Assembly: GCA_902552185.1 (NCBI GenBank)
Contig: CACDFZ010000003.1
Location: forward strand, 44,970 to 108,969
Direction: 5' to 3'
DNA: 64,000 nucleotides
Origin: an uncultured Pelagibacteraceae bacterium
Lineage (GTDB): Bacteria > Pseudomonadota > Alphaproteobacteria > Pelagibacterales > Pelagibacteraceae
Position 1 is the stretch's first letter, and every line of letters starts with the position of its first letter. The notes beneath the pieces were generated by a model. It worked only from the letters and a program-made list of their open reading frames with translations. It was not told the origin of the DNA and ran no database searches. This document shows positions 60,700 to 64,000 of this stretch, piece after piece. Made by a program: the position numbers and the translations under genes.

Positions 60700-62639
60700 G
60701 ATAAACACTCCTCGTATTTGTTTTCTTCATTATTTGATTCTTTGTTAGCTTTATAAACGTTTTTTGTCACATCTGTTGAAGATCCAGTGTTAACGTTTTC
60801 AGCTCTTTGTATTGATTTTGATCTGCAATAATACAGACTCTTCAATCCTTTTTTCCATGCTTGAAAATGTATTTGATGTAAATCTTTCTTATGAATATCT
60901 GCTGGAACGAATACATTTATTGATTGAGCTTGAGATATGTTTGGTGTTCTATCTGCTCCTAATTCTACAATCCATCTTTGATCGATTTCAAAAGCTGTTT
61001 TAAAAGTATCTTTCTCAATATCTGTTAAGAAGTCTAGATGCGAAACAGACCCTTGATTAGTCGTAATTGAGGACCAAGTTTCATCGTCATTTTTTCCGTG
61101 TTTTTCTAAAATCTTAGCTAAGTATTTATTTCTTACGTTAAATGAACCAGATAAAGTTTTATGAGTATAACTGTTTGCAGCGATAGGTTCGATTCCAGGA
61201 GAAGCTCCTCCACAAATAACTGAAATTGAAGCAGTTGGAGCTATAGCCGTTTTATTGGAAAATCTTTCTTTGATTCCATACTCTTCAGCATCAGGACAAG
61301 AACCTCTCTCTTCGGCTAGTTTTACCGAAGCTTGATCAGCCTTTTCTTGTATATGTTTAAAAATTTTTTGGTTCCATACTTTGCTCATCACTGATCCGAA
61401 AGGAATATTTTTTTGTTGAAAAAATGAATGTAAGCCCATAACTCCTAAGCCTACACTTCTCTCTCTAGCCGCAGAATATTTTGCATTGCTAAAACTGTCC
61501 GGTGCTCTATTTATAAAATCAGACATTACGTTATCTAAGAATCTCATTACATCTTCAATAAACATTGTGTCATCTTTCCATTCATCATATGTTTCGATGT
61601 TTAAAGAGGATAGGCAACAAACAGCTGTTCTTTCTTTTCCAGTGTTATCTATTCCAGTAGGTAATGTGATTTCACTGCACAAATTAGATGTTTTTACTTT
61701 TAATCCAGCAAGTTTGTGGTGTTGAGGAATTTGTCTATTAACTGTATCAATGAAAACTATATAAGGCTCACCTGTTTCAACTCTAGCAGTTAATAATCTG
61801 ATCCATAAGTTTCTTGCTGGCATAGTCGACTGTACAGTTCCATCTTTTGGACTTCTAAGTGCCCATTGACCGTCAGTTTCTACCGCTCTCATAAAGTCAT
61901 CAGAAACTAGAACACCGTGATGTAAGTTAAGAGATCGTCTGTTAACATCACCACCAGTAGGTCTTCTCATTTCAATAAACTCTTCTATCTCTGGATGATC
62001 GATTGGAAGATAACAAGCGGCTGAACCTCTTCTTAAAGATCCTTGACTAATAGCAAGTGTAAGTGAGTCCATGACTTTAATGAAAGGAATGATTCCAGAG
62101 GTTTTACCTACTTTACCAATTTTTTCTCCTATAGATCTCAAGTTTCCCCAGTAGCTTCCAATACCGCCTCCTCTTGCGGCTAGCCAAACGTTTTCACTCC
62201 AAAGACCAAGTATTCCCTCTAGGCTATCTCCTGCCTCATTCAAAAAACATGAAATCGGTAGACCTCTTTCAGTTCCACCGTTTGATAATACTGGTGTTGC
62301 TGGCATGAACCATAAGTTGCTTATATAGTTATATAATCTTTGAGCGTGTAAATTATCATCAGCATACACACTTGCTACTCTTGCAAATAGATCTTGAAAT
62401 GACTCGTTTTGACCCAAATACCTATCTGTTAATGTTGCTCTACCAAAATCTGTTAGATTCGAGTCTCTAGATCTGTCAATTTTAATTGTAATACCTTTGT
62501 CATTTTGAAATAATTCAGTATCACCTGATAAAGAGAACAAATCTGGTTTTTTGGGACCGTTTATAGCCAGGTCATTTTGGTTCAACTGGCTCATATTGCC
62601 CATAGCTTTTTTTATTGCCAAAGATACGTTTTTACTCAT
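60690..62639 (-). CDS. nrdA: class Ia ribonucleotide reductase alpha subunit (no N-terminal ATP cone recognised)
   Basis: PATPVLSN, ISCFL, SNLCSEI, APTASIS, SLYYCR and C-terminal CLSCQ motifs. Confidence 0.95.
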   Translation of the reverse strand: MSKNVSLAIKKAMGNMSQLNQNDLAINGPKKPDLFSLSGDTELFQNDKGITIKIDRSRDSNLTDFGRATLTDRYLGQNESFQDLFARVASVYADDNLHAQRLYNYISNLWFMPATPVLSNGGTERGLPISCFLNEAGDSLEGILGLWSENVWLAARGGGIGSYWGNLRSIGEKIGKVGKTSGIIPFIKVMDSLTLAISQGSLRRGSAACYLPIDHPEIEEFIEMRRPTGGDVNRRSLNLHHGVLVSDDFMRAVETDGQWALRSPKDGTVQSTMPARNLWIRLLTARVETGEPYIVFIDTVNRQIPQHHKLAGLKVKTSNLCSEITLPTGIDNTGKERTAVCCLSSLNIETYDEWKDDTMFIEDVMRFLDNVMSDFINRAPDSFSNAKYSAARERSVGLGVMGLHSFFQQKNIPFGSVMSKVWNQKIFKHIQEKADQASVKLAEERGSCPDAEEYGIKERFSNKTAIAPTASISVICGGASPGIEPIAANSYTHKTLSGSFNVRNKYLAKILEKHGKNDDETWSSITTNQGSVSHLDFLTDIEKDTFKTAFEIDQRWIVELGADRTPNISQAQSINVFVPADIHKKDLHQIHFQAWKKGLKSLYYCRSKSIQRAENVNTGSSTDVTKNVYKANKESNNEENKYEECLSCQ

Positions 62640-62674
62640 AATTTTACTTGTTTTACTGTTTAAATGTTAATAAA

Positions 62675-62721
62675 CAACTATATGTTGTGTTACATTTATG
62701 TTAATATACTATATAACTTCA
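62675..62721. promoter_or_regulatory. tandem NrdR boxes upstream of nrdA
   Basis: 62675-62690 on the minus strand reads ACACAACATATAGTTG; a weaker second box (ATACTATATAACTTCA) starts 31 bp away, the typical spacing. Confidence 0.75.
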
Positions 62722-62730
62722 AAATCAATA

Positions 62731-62745
62731 GAACATTATAAGAAC
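62731..62745. promoter_or_regulatory. alphaproteobacterial LexA (SOS) box
   Basis: GAAC-ATTATAA-GAAC (GAAC-N7-GAAC), within AGAACA-N5-AGAACA. Confidence 0.65.
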
Positions 62746-62826
62746 ATCTGATTATTTTTGCAAGTGGAAAATTTTGTTAATAAACATTTAATAACAAATG
62801 CCTTTATTCTCTAGTATTTATAGCTC

Positions 62827-64000
62827 ATGAAAATCAATCCTAATGGTTTTAGAGAATACGATGCTCGATGGATCTTTGAAAAAGACATCGATATAGAGGG
62901 AATCACCAATTTAGGAAAAGGCCTAGGAACTCAAATAATAGGCCATACAAAAAAAATTAATCCAAGAGTAATAGTTGGTCACGATTATAGGTCATACAGT
63001 GAAAAAATTAAAATGGCTTTAAGTGAAGGTTTGTTATCGACAGGCTGCAATGTTGAGGATGTTGGTTTGTCTCTTTCTCCAATGGTTTACTTCGCTCAGT
63101 TTAATTTAAACTCCGATGCAATAGCAATGATAACAGCTAGTCATAACGAAAATGGTTGGACTGGAGTAAAAATGGGAATCAAAAAAGGATTAACGCACGC
63201 TCCAGAGGAAATGTCTGAGTTAAAAGATATTGTTCTTAATAATAAATTCAAATCAGGTAAAGGTAATTTGAAAAGAATTAACGACTTTAAAAACGTATAC
63301 ACACAAGATTTAATCAAAAATAATAAAATTAACAAAAAAATTAAAGCTGTAGTCGCTTGTGGAAATGGAACAGCTGGTATTTTTGCGCCAGATATTATAA
63401 GGGGCATAGGTTGTGATGTAGTAGAATTGGATTGTAAACTAGACTGGTCATTTCCAAAATACAATCCAAATCCAGAAGACTTAGAAATGCTTCATGCTAT
63501 TTCTAAAGCTGTTAAAGATAACAAAGCTGATATAGGTTTCGGTTTTGATGGTGATGGAGATAGATGCGGAGTGATTGACGAAAAGGGTAATGAAATTTTT
63601 TCCGATAAAATAGGTTTATTGATTGCTAGAAACCTAGCGCCAAAACATAAAAACTCCAAATTTATTGTAGATGTCAAATCTACCGGTCTTTACTCAAAAG
63701 ATAAAGTTTTAACAGAAAATCAGTGTAAAACTATTTATTGGAAAACGGGACACTCACATATCAAAAGAAAAGTGAATGCAGAAAAAGCGTTGGCAGGTTT
63801 TGAAAAAAGTGGCCATTTCTTTTTTAATCAACCTTTAGGATATGGTTATGATGACGGTATTAATTCTGCAATACAGGTTTGTCATTTGTTAAATAATCAA
63901 AACAAAAAAATGAGTGAGCTGATGAAAGAATTACCAAATACATATCAAACTCCAACTATGGCCCCCTTCTGTAAAGATGAGGAAAAATACGGAGTTGTTG
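62827..64000 (+). CDS. phosphomannomutase/phosphoglucomutase (AlgC/ExoC-like), runs off the window
   Basis: Manual translation: MKINPNGFREYDARW..., ITASHN, FDGDGDR, KTGHS and FEKSGH motifs. Confidence 0.92.
   Translation, partial: MKINPNGFREYDARWIFEKDIDIEGITNLGKGLGTQIIGHTKKINPRVIVGHDYRSYSEKIKMALSEGLLSTGCNVEDVGLSLSPMVYFAQFNLNSDAIAMITASHNENGWTGVKMGIKKGLTHAPEEMSELKDIVLNNKFKSGKGNLKRINDFKNVYTQDLIKNNKINKKIKAVVACGNGTAGIFAPDIIRGIGCDVVELDCKLDWSFPKYNPNPEDLEMLHAISKAVKDNKADIGFGFDGDGDRCGVIDEKGNEIFSDKIGLLIARNLAPKHKNSKFIVDVKSTGLYSKDKVLTENQCKTIYWKTGHSHIKRKVNAEKALAGFEKSGHFFFNQPLGYGYDDGINSAIQVCHLLNNQNKKMSELMKELPNTYQTPTMAPFCKDEEKYGVV

Noticed and set aside
2130-63677. Numerous 60-180 aa ORFs antisense to or nested in recognised genes (e.g. 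10862..11248, 42271..42804, 63141..63464)
   Set aside because: Shadow ORFs of well-supported genes, with no motifs of their own

Overview
AT-rich, tightly packed alphaproteobacterial chromosome segment. The gene content, very short intergenic spacers and protein style point to Pelagibacterales/SAR11 (inference). The left ~38 kb is nutrient-acquisition and accessory DNA. It holds an Fe(III) ABC transporter with Fur boxes and an unannotated Cys-rich micro-ORF, a Zur-boxed bile-acid:Na+ symporter family gene, tandem ProX paralogs, and znuABC/zur with a 39-bp His-coding tandem repeat. It also holds glucosylglycerate synthesis genes (gpgP/gpgS) downstream of a circularly permuted ATP-grasp ligase that diverges from an Anbu-type protease, then pyk, gap and a glycerol ABC/glpK/gpsA operon, then tRNA-Leu(TAA). 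Upstream of that tRNA lies an integrase-free ~6.9 kb cassette (YcjN-like sugar ABC transporter plus a glucosylglycerate phosphorylase-type GH13_18 enzyme), bounded by a 113-bp direct repeat made of the tRNA's 5' half and upstream region. The right ~26 kb is mostly housekeeping: sfsA, map, purBCSQL, bolA/grxD, rpsD, trmJ, cimA, cysS, nadE, class II DAHP synthase, glmS, an acetyltransferase-only glmU, gph, prpBC, nrdAB with NrdR and LexA boxes, and a partial PMM/PGM. No CRISPR, rRNA, transposase or integrase was recognised. All calls come from motif recognition by eye; no searches were run.
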